Positions 21,539 to 33,964 of a stretch of DNA of 33,964 bases are shown in pieces. This DNA is from Bigelowiella natans CCMP2755 (Eukaryota; Protista; Cercozoa): the NCBI GenBank assembly GCA_000320545.1, contig ADNK01000646.1, positions 1 through 33,964 of the forward strand, given 5' to 3'. The notes beneath the pieces were generated by a model. The model was not told where the DNA came from, searched no databases, and saw nothing but the letters and a program-made list of their open reading frames with translations. The position numbers were made by a program, and so were the translations under genes. Positions within the stretch are counted from its first letter, which is position 1, and each line of letters opens with the position of its first letter.

Positions 21539-23415
21539 ATATATAATAGTGTGTGTGTGTGTGTGTGTGGTAAGATAGTAGTACGCACTTCAATTCTCAT
21601 TCAATTAAGATAAAAGCAGCTGCTTGATCCTTCCCGCCTCTCCTGCTATTTTGTGCTGTCTCATCCTCATCATCCTCATCACCACCAAATCAATTGCTGC
21701 CTGTCGCCGCCATGTGTCTTGCCGTCAGGTCTCAATGGAATCGAGCTTGCGGGAAAGAACCTCGTTTGCCAAAGGGCAAACATCGGGTAACGATGGTGAT
21801 GATGAGTAGTTGGCGATGTGGCGTTGTTCTCATTCTTGTCGTTGTTGTTGCTGCCTCTATTGTGTGTAGAGCCAAGCCAAACGCCAACGTCTCGGCATCC
21901 TTGATGGGCGCAGTCACGAACCCTGGTGATGCGTGCTTTGTCACCTTCATCTCTTGCAACCACCCCCCTTCTTCCCTCCCTCCCTCCCTCCCTCCTTCCC
22001 TCCCTCCCTCTCCTCCTTCTTCTCCTGCAAAGGACACAACAACTAACCATACAGCTCTTCTGGGGCTGCCCCAGCTGAATAGCCTTCCCGGCCTCAATAA
22101 AGGAGGTGCCGTTGCATACGATATTGAATGCTGTGTGATGCTGCGGTGTCCTTTGTTATATGTGCTCCTTCCATGGTCGCCTCCTCCTCCTCCTCCTCCT
22201 CCTCCTCCTCATGTTCCTACTATTTTTCTCCGCCCCCCCTCCTCAGGGCTGCTCGCACAGGGGATTCCCGGACTGCTGCCGTTGATACCGGTAATACATG
22301 CAGTAGTGTTATGTCTAGTAGAAGGAGTGATTTAGTAGCGTGGCCCGCCGAGAGGGAGAGCCCATCACTGATATATATATGTATATATACGCTGTCGTTG
22401 TCCTTGGCTAATTCCGGGTGCAAGCGAGCCAACGTTGAGCTTTGCCCCGCCTACCGCCGCCATGCATCCACCCATCCAGTCAGTCATCCATTCGTGCATT
22501 CATCACAATGGATCGATGGTCGTCTAGCTTTCACTTGCTTCATCTGCTGCTGATGCAAGGGGCTGCCCTTCGTATCTGCAAACCTCCCCTAACCTCTCTC
22601 CCCCCCCCCCCCCCCTTCTCTATCTGTGTGCATGTGCGCGGTATTTGCTCTCGTGGCGTCGGAACAACCCGACCAGATCACTCCAATCATACCAGGTAAT
22701 GGTTGCCAAGCATGCTAGAACATGCGCAAGACGCACAGCACACACGCATGCGTGCGTATATTGACGTGAGCTCGTTGCCGCACCACAGGCCAAAATGTCG
22801 GTCCCAGTAGAATTCTCGTCCTTCAAAATATCATCAAGGAAGCCGATCTGGCAGACAACTCGGAGGTGAGTTCTCTGCGCACGTGCACATGCTATACACG
22901 TGTATACACGCACAGGCAGGAAGCGCAACGTGCAGTTCAACTGCGGTAGCTTTTGCATCGATACGCTGACACTAAAAATGTGTGTGTGCGCGTATGCGTC
23001 AGTATGAGGACGTGAAGGCGGATATAAAGGAGGAGTGCGAACGCATGGGCGGCCCGGTGAAGGAGGTTCTCATCCCGCGCAAGGAACCGCAAATGCAGGA
23101 GAGTGCCGTGGCGGTACAGGGACTGGGGAAGGTTAGCGCAGTACACATCTACTCCTACACCCACGGAATTGCGAGTGTGCGCGCACATTTTGCACACGCA
23201 TAAACATGCACGCATCCACGCGAACACGGACACACGCGTGCGCGTATATGCACGCAAAAACACGCCTGGCACTTCAGGTTTTCATTGAATTTGAAACGCA
23301 AGAAGGGGCGAACAAGGCCCGTCTGTCGCTTGGAGGAAGAAAATTTAATGGCCGGGTTGTCCTCTCACGCTTTCTCAGTGAAGAGCATTATAAAAAAGGC
23401 CTGCTGGACGCCTGA
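18339..23415 (+). CDS. U2AF2: Splicing factor U2AF large subunit (U2AF65), ~24 exons
   Basis: MFK micro-exon; RD/RS-rich N-terminus; ULM-like RRKRGGMWDQGP; RRM1 ARQARRVYLGN...AYAFVEF...MDGILFKGVIPLKIRRPKDY; PGIVSTNVEDGPNKVFIGNLP (RRM2)...FHLVKDSSTGLAKGYAFFEY...ACKGLNG; UHM ILVLQNII...YEDVKADIKEEC...GLGKVFIEF...LGGRKFNGRVV. First exon is the least certain. Confidence 0.93.
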
Positions 23416-24186
23416 GTTGCAGTTGAATCATGCATATGTGTATTAACATATTATATACGTACATACATATATGTAGAGATGAGTCCAAAATGTCAGGTGT
23501 GCCATTACTCAAGAAGTTTAAATCATTTCAAGTCTCCCGCAATATATTTGTATATGTGATGATGCCTTTGTTATTATTATTGCCAGCAAGGTAGCACGGA
23601 TGTCAGCAATACATGCTATCGCTTCCCGCAGCCAACCCCCTCTTGCTACATGCATATACTTAGGCGCTACTAGTACATATCTCTACATGCGTGTAGCGTG
23701 TAGCGACCTAGCGATGCCATATTTCATCATCATTATTATCATTATAATTGTAGTCCCTTGATTCAACATGAATAAAATGGAATCTTATGCACAGAACAAG
23801 GCAAAATCGATCGATCCATGCATGATGTTTATTACGCTACAGCAACGTATCTTGTTGCTATCACTATGTCTTTTTATTGCGTGTATGAAGCAGCCGCTGC
23901 GTGGTGCGCCTGGCGAATTGTATCGCTACTATACTACTTATTTGGTATTTTTGTTGTGACACTGCCCAAGTGTAGCACATTACGTCTCGTCATTGCAACA
24001 TCATCGACGTGCAGCTGGATTTTGGAAATAATGACAGAACCTTACATGCGCATGTGTGCAATTGCAGCATCAATGCAACAAAGATCCATTCCGAACGTTG
24101 AAACAGAGGAGAAGGAAATCGCAGATATCGAGTAAGCTTCCCCTCCTCCTCATATCATACGTCACTACGTCACACTGCGCGCACTA

Positions 24187-25281
24187 TCAGCTGCTGTCCT
24201 TCAGGAGTGATGACCAGGTCACCTCTCTCGCCTTTTCCAGCACCACCGACACGGCCCTCTCGCCACCGTCTGGCGTCACACATGAAATCGGATGAGATAA
24301 ATGGAATACCGCGCTCAGCCCATGAGTTCTATTTAGTTAGCCAATTTTACTAGCTTTTGCAGCCTACTACCTCCTGACAAGGACCAGGTCGAGCCATCTG
24401 TGTGTATCACGTTGCTCAGGCTGCCTTCCAGGACAACTACGGTGGGTGGCATGATGAGCAAATTAATTGGATCGGGAAGGGAGGGGGTAAAATTGCTTGA
24501 CGATAATGATCCGAAATTTGAAGAAAAGGGCATCTCACCCTAATCCATTGTCCCCCCCCCCTTCCAACTATCCTGTAACAACTCTCCTATTCCTTCCTCA
24601 CCTTCGCCCTTGACTTCGACCGATATCGTCTTCGACTTCATCTTCACTACCACATCCTTGCCAGAGCAACCTAAACAACTCAGCCAATCAATCAATGGCA
24701 AGAAGGGGAGTGGAAGGGAGGGGAGGGGATAGGAACGAAGGGCGCCGAGAAGTCTCAACGTACAGAAACGATAAACGATATACACCATTCTTCTGCACAC
24801 AATAGGCAGCTGCTAACTTGAACGCTCTACCGAGAAGCGATGCTAAGATTGCTTTAAAATCTCAAACGTCATCGACGATACAGAAAATCAACGATTCCCC
24901 TTTGTTTTCGAGCAACATCATGGACAGGAGGAAATACAAGGGGGGAACAACCTGGATGGACGGGAACCGTGATCTCCACCTCATCCTCACTCTGGGTCCA
25001 TTTATATCTTCCAAGATGATAACGACAACGACGACAACAACAACAACAACAAGCAGAGCGATAGCAACAGCCATAGCAGCAGAGAGCAGAGAGTTAAGAA
25101 GATAGAGCAAGAAGAAGCGGAAAGGGAGAGTGCTGTGCCGATGGACTGATGCCGTTGCGTCATCTTCCCAGAGTAAAGCACAATTGACAAGGCTACTACT
25201 ACAAATGTTGCACTACTACTTTTCGTTAGATCCTTCTGGAAGCTTCTTCTTCTCCCTCCTGAAGTAAACCCAGAAAGCAGC

Positions 25282-25331
<50 letters not shown>

Positions 25332-25851
25332 GGGGGGCGGGGAGGGGGAGAGAAGGAAAGAGAGATGGAGAAATTTGCAGCTTCAGTGTTCAGGAGGGAG
25401 ATGGACGAATAAGCGAGGTAGATAGGAATAAGCGGACTAGTGACCACCGCGATCATCACATTACCAGACAAACGCACGCACGCACGCACGCACACGCATA
25501 CGCTACTCTAACAATACAGCGTGTATACTGAAGGAATCGAACCCTGCTGCTTGTGCCGCTGCTTGGGCTTGCTGCTGCATGAGCATGTTCTTCAGATTCA
25601 TGGTGGAGGCGGTGTTACTTGCCTGCCCTTCCTTATTCGCCTCCTGAGCACCAACGAAGAACAACATCAACAACGATAAGAAGAAGATAACCGGGAAGAA
25701 CAAAATCTTTGGTAAATTTCTCATCTTTTGTATTCAATATGTACTTATCTCTGCATATTCGAGCGTTGGTATCAATATGATTCCTATCTCTGATGATCTT
25801 GTGCCCCACGCTTCTTTCTTGGATAATAAGTGCAGGAGCTTCGCCACGGAC

Positions 25852-25882
<31 letters not shown>

Positions 25883-26175
25883 CGTGTACGATTGCAAAAA
25901 ATACCTTCGCTGAGAGCAGCCACTCTGCGTCGGAGCTGCAATCCTTCATTGTGAAGTCTCGTCGGCCCCAGTCGTCCTAACAGTGCCGACAAACGACCAA
26001 GGCACCACCGGGTGGATAATAGTAAATAATAATAAGGACGAGTGTAAGAGCGATAGTAGGAGGAACAACGGCATGATCTATAGTAGCAGTGTGCTTGTAC
26101 GCTGCTGTAGTAATCATCCGAATACTGCACAATGATATGAGAAGGGGGCTGCTCCTATTTACTTCCCTCTCCCCC

Positions 26176-26250
<75 letters not shown>

Positions 26251-27859
26251 ATATCAGAGTACTTGATCATCGTAGACCCTTCCGAAGAAAGCGTCCCCTC
26301 TCACTTCCATCGGTCGGCCAGCTGCAAACGAGATCTGGCATGCTCGTTCGTTCTTTGGAAGGTTCTTGGCTATGCCTTGGTCGTCCACGTACATGCTGCG
26401 GATAGATGATGGTGATGATGATATGGTGATAATGGATAGGAGGAGGAAGAGGAGGAGGAAGAAGGGGGAACATGAATCAATAGAGCGCCGAAGTCGGCGA
26501 AACAACGCTATGTGAGAGCCAAATTAGAGACTTCTTGCAAAAAAGAAAGGGTGGGGGGGGGGGTCTGCTCTTAACCAGCTCTATCTCCTCATTGCATTAT
26601 TATCTCTTCCACTCTTCTGCAAGCTCTGATCAGCATCGTCATCATCGCTACTACTACTACAACCTTATAGAAAGGAACTTGGTTCGCTTCAAAGGGAGCA
26701 CCAAAGGCACGATCTCTACGCTACTGCGATGTGCATTGCCATGCGTTTATGAGATGACGTCCACCCACCAGCCAAACAACGAGGAGAAGCAGCGAGGCAA
26801 TCCGTCAGCATTACAATATAAATCATGCACTTCTCACATGAAAATCAACCTTTCTCTCTCTCTCCCTCTCTCTGGTTGTTGGATGGAATTGTGCAATAAT
26901 ACCTGTTGGACATGAGCATGTCCATGTACTTCTCATCGATCTTTATGATTATGTGGCAAACAGCACTTAGCATTGAGCAGACAACAGATGATCTTCTTAT
27001 TTCAAAGGCTTTTGGTATGTTTCTGCGGTTTTGCGAGGCACTTAACTGCCATTTCCACGAATATGTATTCAAATAAATATTGCACTTCTCTCATGGTGTA
27101 TTTTGCATGTCTGCTTGGAAGTTGATCTTAATTTCACGACGACAAACCATCTTGCCCTTCGTCTTCTCAGCAACTTGTTTCTCCAAGAGCTTCCGGTCCA
27201 TCTGATGATATCGTCGTCGTAGCCGTTGCGTGGATGATGATTTCAACTGACAAATTGAATCACACCCCCCCCCCCCCCCCCCCTTCCTCTCGCCCCTTCG
27301 CCCGTGTAATATTTTCAAAGATTTTGTTGCTATTTGAAAGAGTTGTTGATTCGGCTTTACCTTCCCTCTGGAGGAGAAGTGCTTTCTCAATGTCTGATGA
27401 TGATGATGATGATGTTTCGAATGTAGAGAAGAAGTAGGTGAGAATTCAATGCGATGGAATGGAAGGTGCGGCCAAAAGAACATCGTTCAAAATGCTATGT
27501 TGTTATTGCCACGCACCGTGGTGAAGTTGTCATCCTCAAGTCCCTCTGATGGTAAAAAGAACCATTTACTTCAAAGCATAGAACAACTCAATTCTTGGGC
27601 CGTATTTTGCACACCACCCACCACCCTCACCGCCATGGTTACTATCATCATCGTCGTTGTGCTTATTATCAGCCCATACTCTCAAGCAACTTAGCCGATG
27701 TTGTATCCATCGGTAGTATCATTCAAATCCGAAATGCTTCTCACTTGGACGGGGAGCTTCGAGTTCTTGGATTGGGTCCCCAAACGCGGCAGGAATGAGG
27801 ATATACTTGAAAAGCGGTGAGGAGGAGGAGGAGGAGGAGGGTGCATTCTTCGCTGACAT
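24187..27859 (-). CDS. NudC-type CS (p23-like) domain protein with uncharacterised N-terminal domain, 14 exons
   Basis: Spliced: [55 protein letters not shown]...SVEIVPLVLP...ISMYVDDQGIAKNLPKNERA...VRGDAFFGRVYDDQDDWGRRDFTMKDCSSDAEWL...KYKWTQSEDEVEITVPV...KDVVVKMKSKTISVEVKGEVVLEGSLSNVIHTDGSTWSL...VSVVLEK...TWSSLL. The Y.WTQ...EV, STW and LEK...W..L motifs are the NudC CS signature. Confidence 0.82.
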
Positions 27860-28060
27860 CGTGGTTTATGTTGGCCGTCGAACCTGCGCAAACGCATTGT
27901 AAAGCAGGAACGTCTATCAGCCCGCACGCTTGTTGCCGTGCTTTTTCGGACATTGCCTCATCAAACCCTTCCTCGGAACGGCCCAACCCCCACCGCCTAT
28001 GCTTCCCATGGAATTTGTTTCAGAGAATCCTTGCATGACTACGGCGATGGCGATGAAAAT

Positions 28061-29503
28061 ATGGATGCGGATGAATGGGGAGGTGGAGGGCTACCCGTCG
28101 CTGCGTTGGTTCGGTTAAATTGCGGCAGAACTGCTAGTGCTGCCCGTTAGGCATAATTTCATGCTAAGAATATCGGATTTCAGAGTGTCTTTCATATCGA
28201 ATTTCATCCGGAGCACTTCGAACTATGTAGTTGGAATAGCTGGTACCAATTAGACCATATTTTGATACAAATATATCTGAAACTGATTCGAACACGTGAG
28301 TAAGCAGGCCATTGCGCTTCCCCCCTCCGAGCACCGTCGCCAGGTTACCTTTGAAACGAACGCCGTTATGGCCTGCCTGGCCACTGGGGTCGGCTGTTGA
28401 GGCGGGTTCAAGGTCGACATCTAATGATGGCAGAACAACGCAATCTTCGCTGGGAACGGAGACTTCCAAGGTGTGTGAAATTAATCACGAGACGATGATG
28501 GAATATTGTATTTGATGACTTGGTGATCCAGCAGGCGATGGGGTCAGTGCATGGCCCTTCTCTTTTGCCTCGCAAGCCTCCAACACCTCCTAATGCAAAG
28601 CTCGCAGCCATCTGCCAATTCGTCCTCCTCCGCCTCCTCCTCTCGGGTGCTCTCATTGTCCGCTTCCGCGCCGCCATCTGTGCTGGGAAACATGATGCCT
28701 TCTTCGTTCGACGAGGTGCTCCTGATGCTGAAAGCCGAGCTGAATAGCAAGAAGGTCACGAAGATAATGCCATCCCTGCCATAGTGAATAAACACTTCCC
28801 GCGCGTCCCTCTCCCCCGACTCCGTCTCTATCAAAAAGTGTTTGATAGCTGCATACGACACGCAACTGAACTCCACCGCCTGTCTTATTGCTCCCACACA
28901 TCCTGCTCCCCGCCTTGTTACTTTCTTGAAGCGTCAATTAGGCATTCAGAAACCGCACTGCTACGATGCCGTCGTTTCCACCGTCATCAGGGATTTTAAG
29001 CAGAGAAAGCCATTTGTGAAGGATCCCAACGGGGACTACCAATTCAACGCCGCCTTCTGGGCAGATAGGTCACTGGATCGATATGTTCATTCCAAAACGC
29101 GCTTTTAGCGAGACGCCTTTCTCCGTCTCCTGTCCTCCTCTAGCCTCTCTATGTATCCTCCGCGCTAAACCAAGTTTTTCATTGATGTGCTCGTTTGTTA
29201 CCTTAGTGGCCTTTTGGACCCTGAACGCGAGTATCGCGACGTGAGGCCCTTGAATAAGACGACGGCAGAGCTGCACGCATATTTTTCCCAATACGTTGAT
29301 GCCGTATGCGTTGCTCTCGCCAGGAAAGACTATAACAAATCGCTAAGCATGGTTATGAGGTCGTACGACAAGGATGATAGCGGCAGCAACTTTGGGCTGG
29401 ACAATGCCGCGTAATGACATACCGAACGATGATAGAATAAAGAACAACAAAGAGATGAGTTTTTTAAAATGTACTGTTCTGTTCTCTCGTCTCTCTCATA
29501 TCA

Positions 29504-29555
<52 letters not shown>

Positions 29556-29647
29556 ATAAATTTACGTTATGTGGAGATGTAACATGTACGTACGACTTGG
29601 AAGCAAAAGGAAACAGTTTACTTCTTACTCCTTCAATGCAGATGTTA

Positions 29648-29686
<39 letters not shown>

Positions 29687-30032
29687 AACACACTGAACCC
29701 CACTCCATCGATCCCACCCCTAGTGTGCACATCGTACCATCACAAATGCGCGAATTTGTGCGGGAGCGGATAAAGTTTGAAGCGCTGAACCAGAAGCTCG
29801 AGCAGGTCGGTGTCCACGATTTCACCATAAGCATGCAGTAGAAGAAGAAGGAAAAGAAGAATAAAACCTATGGCCTATATACACATACAAATATGATGCC
29901 GACGCTCTGCATATGAAGCAGGCGGTTCTTCCTAATATTGTGTGCTTAAGTGTGTGTGTGTGTGTGTGCATGTGTGTGTGTGTGCATGTGTGTGTGTGTG
30001 TGCATGTGTGTGCGTGTGTGTGCATGTGTGTG

Positions 30033-30071
<39 letters not shown>

Positions 30072-30383
30072 TGTGTTACTATGCGTTCGTCCCTACCGTC
30101 TATTACATTGATGCAATCCAAATTACAAAAGGAAATTCAAGGAAAGGAGGAGAGCCTACGATTAGCGTCGGCGAAGAACGAGAAGCTCCTAGACGAGTCA
30201 AACCGTGAGGTCGTCTTTTTTTTAACGCCACGGACCATGCGACGATCTAGATAGAAAGAAGAAGAAAAAGGAGAGAAATCGATGTAATTTATAAGTGTGA
30301 GTGTGAGTGTGTTTTTGTGTGTGTGTGTGTGTGTAACCAGCTCCGTGGGGTGAGAAAGCAGTTGGGAGAGAGCGAGGTATGGT

Positions 30384-30428
<45 letters not shown>

Positions 30429-31227
30429 CTCTATGTATGTATGTATGTATGTATGTATGTATGTTTGTCAAAAACAGTGGTAGGTTGTTGCCAGGGTTGT
30501 TGTATCGCCACTCACGTGCAGATGCGTAAAAAATGTTTGTTGTCCTTTCTGCACACCAACAAACCTCCCCAGGAAATGCACAAGTCGGACGTAACGAAGT
30601 ACCGCTCGAAGGTGCATTTTCACCCTTTCTACCCTTCTCACATAATACCCTGATGCGTGCGCCCGTTCGGTAGATAGCGGAGCTGAAGGCGGCTGAAAGC
30701 AGTAGAGATGCCGAGATATCACAGCTCAAAATGCAGCTCCGCGATGCGCAGGAGAGGCTTCAGAAATATGCGGTGCGAAGGGGAAAATCATATTATTATC
30801 ATTTTCTCTGTGTATGCTAACCAAAGGATTCGAACCAAGAGCTTTTCCTACTCTTTCGTTATGTATGCTAAATAAGCTCAACCCCCCCCCCCCCCCCCCT
30901 CCACCAGCGCGCGCGCCCAACGAATAAATGCTTCTCCCCCTTTAGGAATGGGCTCGGCAGCGGCAAGAATACGACCAAAAATACTACCAGCATCAGCGCA
31001 GTAGTCTAGATGCAAAGCCGGCAGTAGCGGCAGCAAGCGGGAAGCAAGCCTCCGCTGCGACATCACCCACGAATACGGAGCCAGCCAACAGACATCATCG
31101 TAGCATTGTACCGGATACTGTCGAACGACAGGGACGACCGCCATCACGTAGGATGGAGGGGGCTGAGACAATTGCAGAGGGCGATGATGATGATGATGAC
31201 GAGTACGAAGATCCTTTCATGCAGTAG
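28061..31227 (+). CDS. Hypothetical multi-exon coiled-coil protein with acidic C-terminal tail (start uncertain)
   Basis: Phase-compatible exons: ...RQLGIQKPHCYDAVVSTVIRDFKQRKPFVKDPNGDYQFNAAFWADSGLLDPEREY...MREFVRERIKFEALNQKLEQEIQGKEESLRLASAKNEKLLDESNRELRGVRKQLGESE...IAELKAAESSRDAEISQLKMQLRDAQERLQKYAEWARQRQEY...GDDDDDDEYEDPFMQ*. The 5' exons (28061-28760) are ambiguous. Confidence 0.6.
29950..30070. repeat. ~120-bp compound (TG)n/TGCATG alternating purine-pyrimidine tract
   Basis: Read directly; intronic. Confidence 0.9.
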
Positions 31228-31528
31228 TAGCAGTAGTAGTACTTTACGTGGTGTAAATGTATGTTGAGTTAAATCAAGCTTGGGATCGACATTATTAGGG
31301 GTCGAACCTTATGCACAACATCAGCTAGACTGTTGCAGCGCTTGTTTGTGTTGGCACATACAACGGCATCTTGCGGATAATGCCGCGCTACGATTACGTA
31401 ATTGTTCGCCTTGTGCAAATATGTAATTCTTGCACGCAGCTATTATTGTCTACTTAGCCATACAACTCCACAGCAGTTTCTCATGCACATAGTGGGAAAA
31501 TGTGCGCGTTCACCAGTCTGGCCGCATG

Positions 31529-31571
<43 letters not shown>

Positions 31572-31665
31572 AATATATGATGACATTGCCACATTGATAA
31601 TTGCACGCACACGTTGCATCAAGTTATTACGACGATATAAAAGAGCAGCATCTGGGCTACAGCTG

Positions 31666-32322
31666 TCACGATAGCGCGCAATAGCTACCGTTTGTGGAGT
31701 TCTTGCCCCCCGTTTCCTCCAACTCCCTGCTGGAGGATGCCGACTGCTGATTCCCTTCGTGGCCGTTGCCCCCGCAGTGCGATTGCGCTCCGTGCGCCAG
31801 AGCCTCGTAAAGCATCGTGATCTCCGGCCCAACGTTGCTCGCCGCGGCAGCGACTGCATCTCTGCTCGATGGCGGTTTCCCACCGACGCGGCGAACGCTT
31901 GCATGGAGTTTCGCTACGATAGCGCTACATGCAGCTTTGATCTGTGGGTGGTCAAATGGGTCCGCACAGTCGAAGTAGAAGGCGTCCGGGGTGTACTCTT
32001 CCTCGCTGTTCACCACACACAATCGATTCAAGTCGCACCCAGCGCATATCGAAATGGCCCAGACAAAATATGGCGAGGATTCTCAGAACGAGCTGCGTGT
32101 TCAGACAGGTGTGCGGTGTGCTTCTTGCTCAGATAGTCTGTGTAGTATATATATCTTGATGTATGTGCGTGTGTGGTGTGAGGCGAAAGTACATCTTCGT
32201 CCCCCATGGATGCCGAGAGTAGAGCGTAAGGTACTCCGCAAACCGAGAGTGAGCCAGCTGAACAAAAGCAGCAGTAAGATGCACTCCATCCACACATTCA
32301 CACACACACAAGCGCACACACT

Positions 32323-32365
<43 letters not shown>

Positions 32366-32896
32366 TGCGTGTGCGTGTGTCTTATTTGACTAACGTGCTG
32401 AGCAAAGACATTGGCAGCCCGTAGCTACAAGAGAAGGCAAGGAGCGTCTACGCAAAGGCGCATGATTGACTACTACCTCCTCGTCGCAAATCCTTTGTAT
32501 TATCTTCTCCTTCGTGAATGCCTGTTCAGTCGCATCATATACGTTGAAAGCGCAGCTTCAGTGCTCGCTTTTCGGTTGCGCGCTGTGCATCTTCGATGGT
32601 GCGTATTATGCTTTTATAACTACTATAATTTCTTGTGCGTTTTGTGCGTCTGTGTACGCACGCGCGCGCGTGTGCATCATCATTGTCGCATCGCCTGCAG
32701 CAACATCAGCATTAGCAGTGGTGAGGCAGCCCTTGTAAGTAGCATTGATGATACTACCTCGATGGTGTCGGCCACACTCTCACACGCTTCCTCAAAACTC
32801 TCCCGTTCTTTGATATGCCTCACCTTATGTTGGAGAGAAGAAGAAGAAGAAGAAGAAGAAGAAGAAGAAGAGGATGCTCTCAGGATGAGGATGGGG

Positions 32897-32930
<34 letters not shown>

Positions 32931-32981
32931 CGAGGGAGATCATGTATGTTGTTGATAGCAACGCAAGTGGCATATTGTGTG

Positions 32982-33028
<47 letters not shown>

Positions 33029-33311
33029 CCAAACTGACCTTTAGATTATATCCATGGAAATGGCACCGATGCAAATGCAGCCCCAACGCCGGAGCTTTCG
33101 GGACCTGCGACAAACAAACAGGCACACTGATCAGAGCGCCTTCTCTTGCGGAAGAACACGGTATTCCAGAGAAAGAAGTGGTGGCAGTTGATTAATTTCT
33201 TGAGGCTAGCACAAACACATCGGATAACGTGCGTAATCACACCGACGTTGCAGTGTCGCTGCGGTAGCTACTGTTGGCTTGCATATTGAAGATACAAAAA
33301 AATATGAAATG

Positions 33312-33346
<35 letters not shown>

Positions 33347-33373
33347 ACGCACACGCACACGCACCCCATACAC

Positions 33374-33421
<48 letters not shown>

Positions 33422-33584
33422 TGTATGTGTGTGTGCATAGTATTTTTGTGTGTGTTCCGTCTACATGAATCTTCTCTTCTCCAAACACGGTTCCGTAAAC
33501 CGATTCTTCCACATCTCCTATGGGGTAAGTGCTATTTATTGGTTCACGATTATCCTTAGAAATTGTATACGTGGTATTTTTAAT

Positions 33585-33620
<36 letters not shown>

Positions 33621-33654
33621 GCGCGCATTAGGCTTAGATAACTCGTTCTAAACA

Positions 33655-33709
<55 letters not shown>

Positions 33710-33780
33710 GGCTCTCTCAATTACTTCTCATCACTGCTACTGCCATTCCAATCATCTTGCGGATCTGATGCAGCATGAAG
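31666..33780 (-). CDS. PUS1: tRNA pseudouridine synthase TruA/Pus1 family, 3' portion (gene continues beyond right edge)
   Basis: Exon 33780-33725 reads SFMLHQIRKMIGMAVAVMR (Pus1 signature), then ...FGEEKIH-VPKAPALGLHLHRCHFHGYNLK, ...AFTKEKIIQRICDEE-LAHSRFAEYL...; last exon most likely 32005-31666. Confidence 0.85.
33312..33436. repeat. Compound microsatellite (CA)n(CACACG)n(TA)n(TG)n
   Basis: Read directly; lies in a PUS1 intron. Confidence 0.85.
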
Positions 33781-33792
33781 CTAGCGCCTAAA

Positions 33793-33834
<42 letters not shown>

Positions 33835-33964
33835 AGAGAGAGAGAGAGAGAGAGAGGGGCGGGATGAAAAGCCTTAAGAACAGAAGCAAAGCACAAGTAG
33901 CACTATGGTCGATGCGAAGGGACACACATCACACATCCCCTGCGGCATTTTCTAATCTTCTTTG

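Noticed and set aside
19533-22335. Long ORFs (224, 180, 213 aa) overlapping U2AF65
   Set aside because: Intron read-through or antisense frames dominated by SSRs.
25530-25550. B-box-like GGTTCGATTCC suggesting a tRNA (similar word near 31300)
   Set aside because: No cloverleaf or A-box; it overlaps an exon/intron junction.
1-33964. CRISPR array, rRNA, prokaryotic operon or intact transposon
   Set aside because: No repeat-spacer periodicity, rRNA motifs or transposase/RT motifs seen; the sequence is spliceosomal-intron-rich eukaryotic DNA.

Overview
Eukaryotic nuclear DNA, most likely from an intron-dense protist; taxon not determinable from the sequence. Most short ORFs in the six-frame track are exon fragments or microsatellite artefacts. 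By manually splicing GT-AG introns I reconstruct eight genes: (1) an intronless 645-aa ORF of unknown function (-); (2) a 16-exon HSDL2-like short-chain dehydrogenase ending in the PTS1 signal SKL (+); (3) a 13-exon AGC kinase with STK32/YANK-like DFN motif and MG N-terminus (-); (4) a 28-exon, ~650-aa in-frame FUSION of a clavaminate-synthase-like/TauD-family Fe(II)/2-oxoglutarate dioxygenase and a xylose-reductase-type aldo-keto reductase (+), the most interesting item; (5) U2AF large subunit (+); (6) a NudC-type CS-domain protein (-); (7) a hypothetical coiled-coil protein (+); (8) the 3' part of a TruA/Pus1 pseudouridine synthase (-). Introns to the right of ~10.4 kb are filled with microsatellites, whereas those to the left are not. 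Gene 3' flanks are rich in CATG/TGCA/CTAG/ACGT palindromes. All gene models were spliced by eye without transcript or database evidence.
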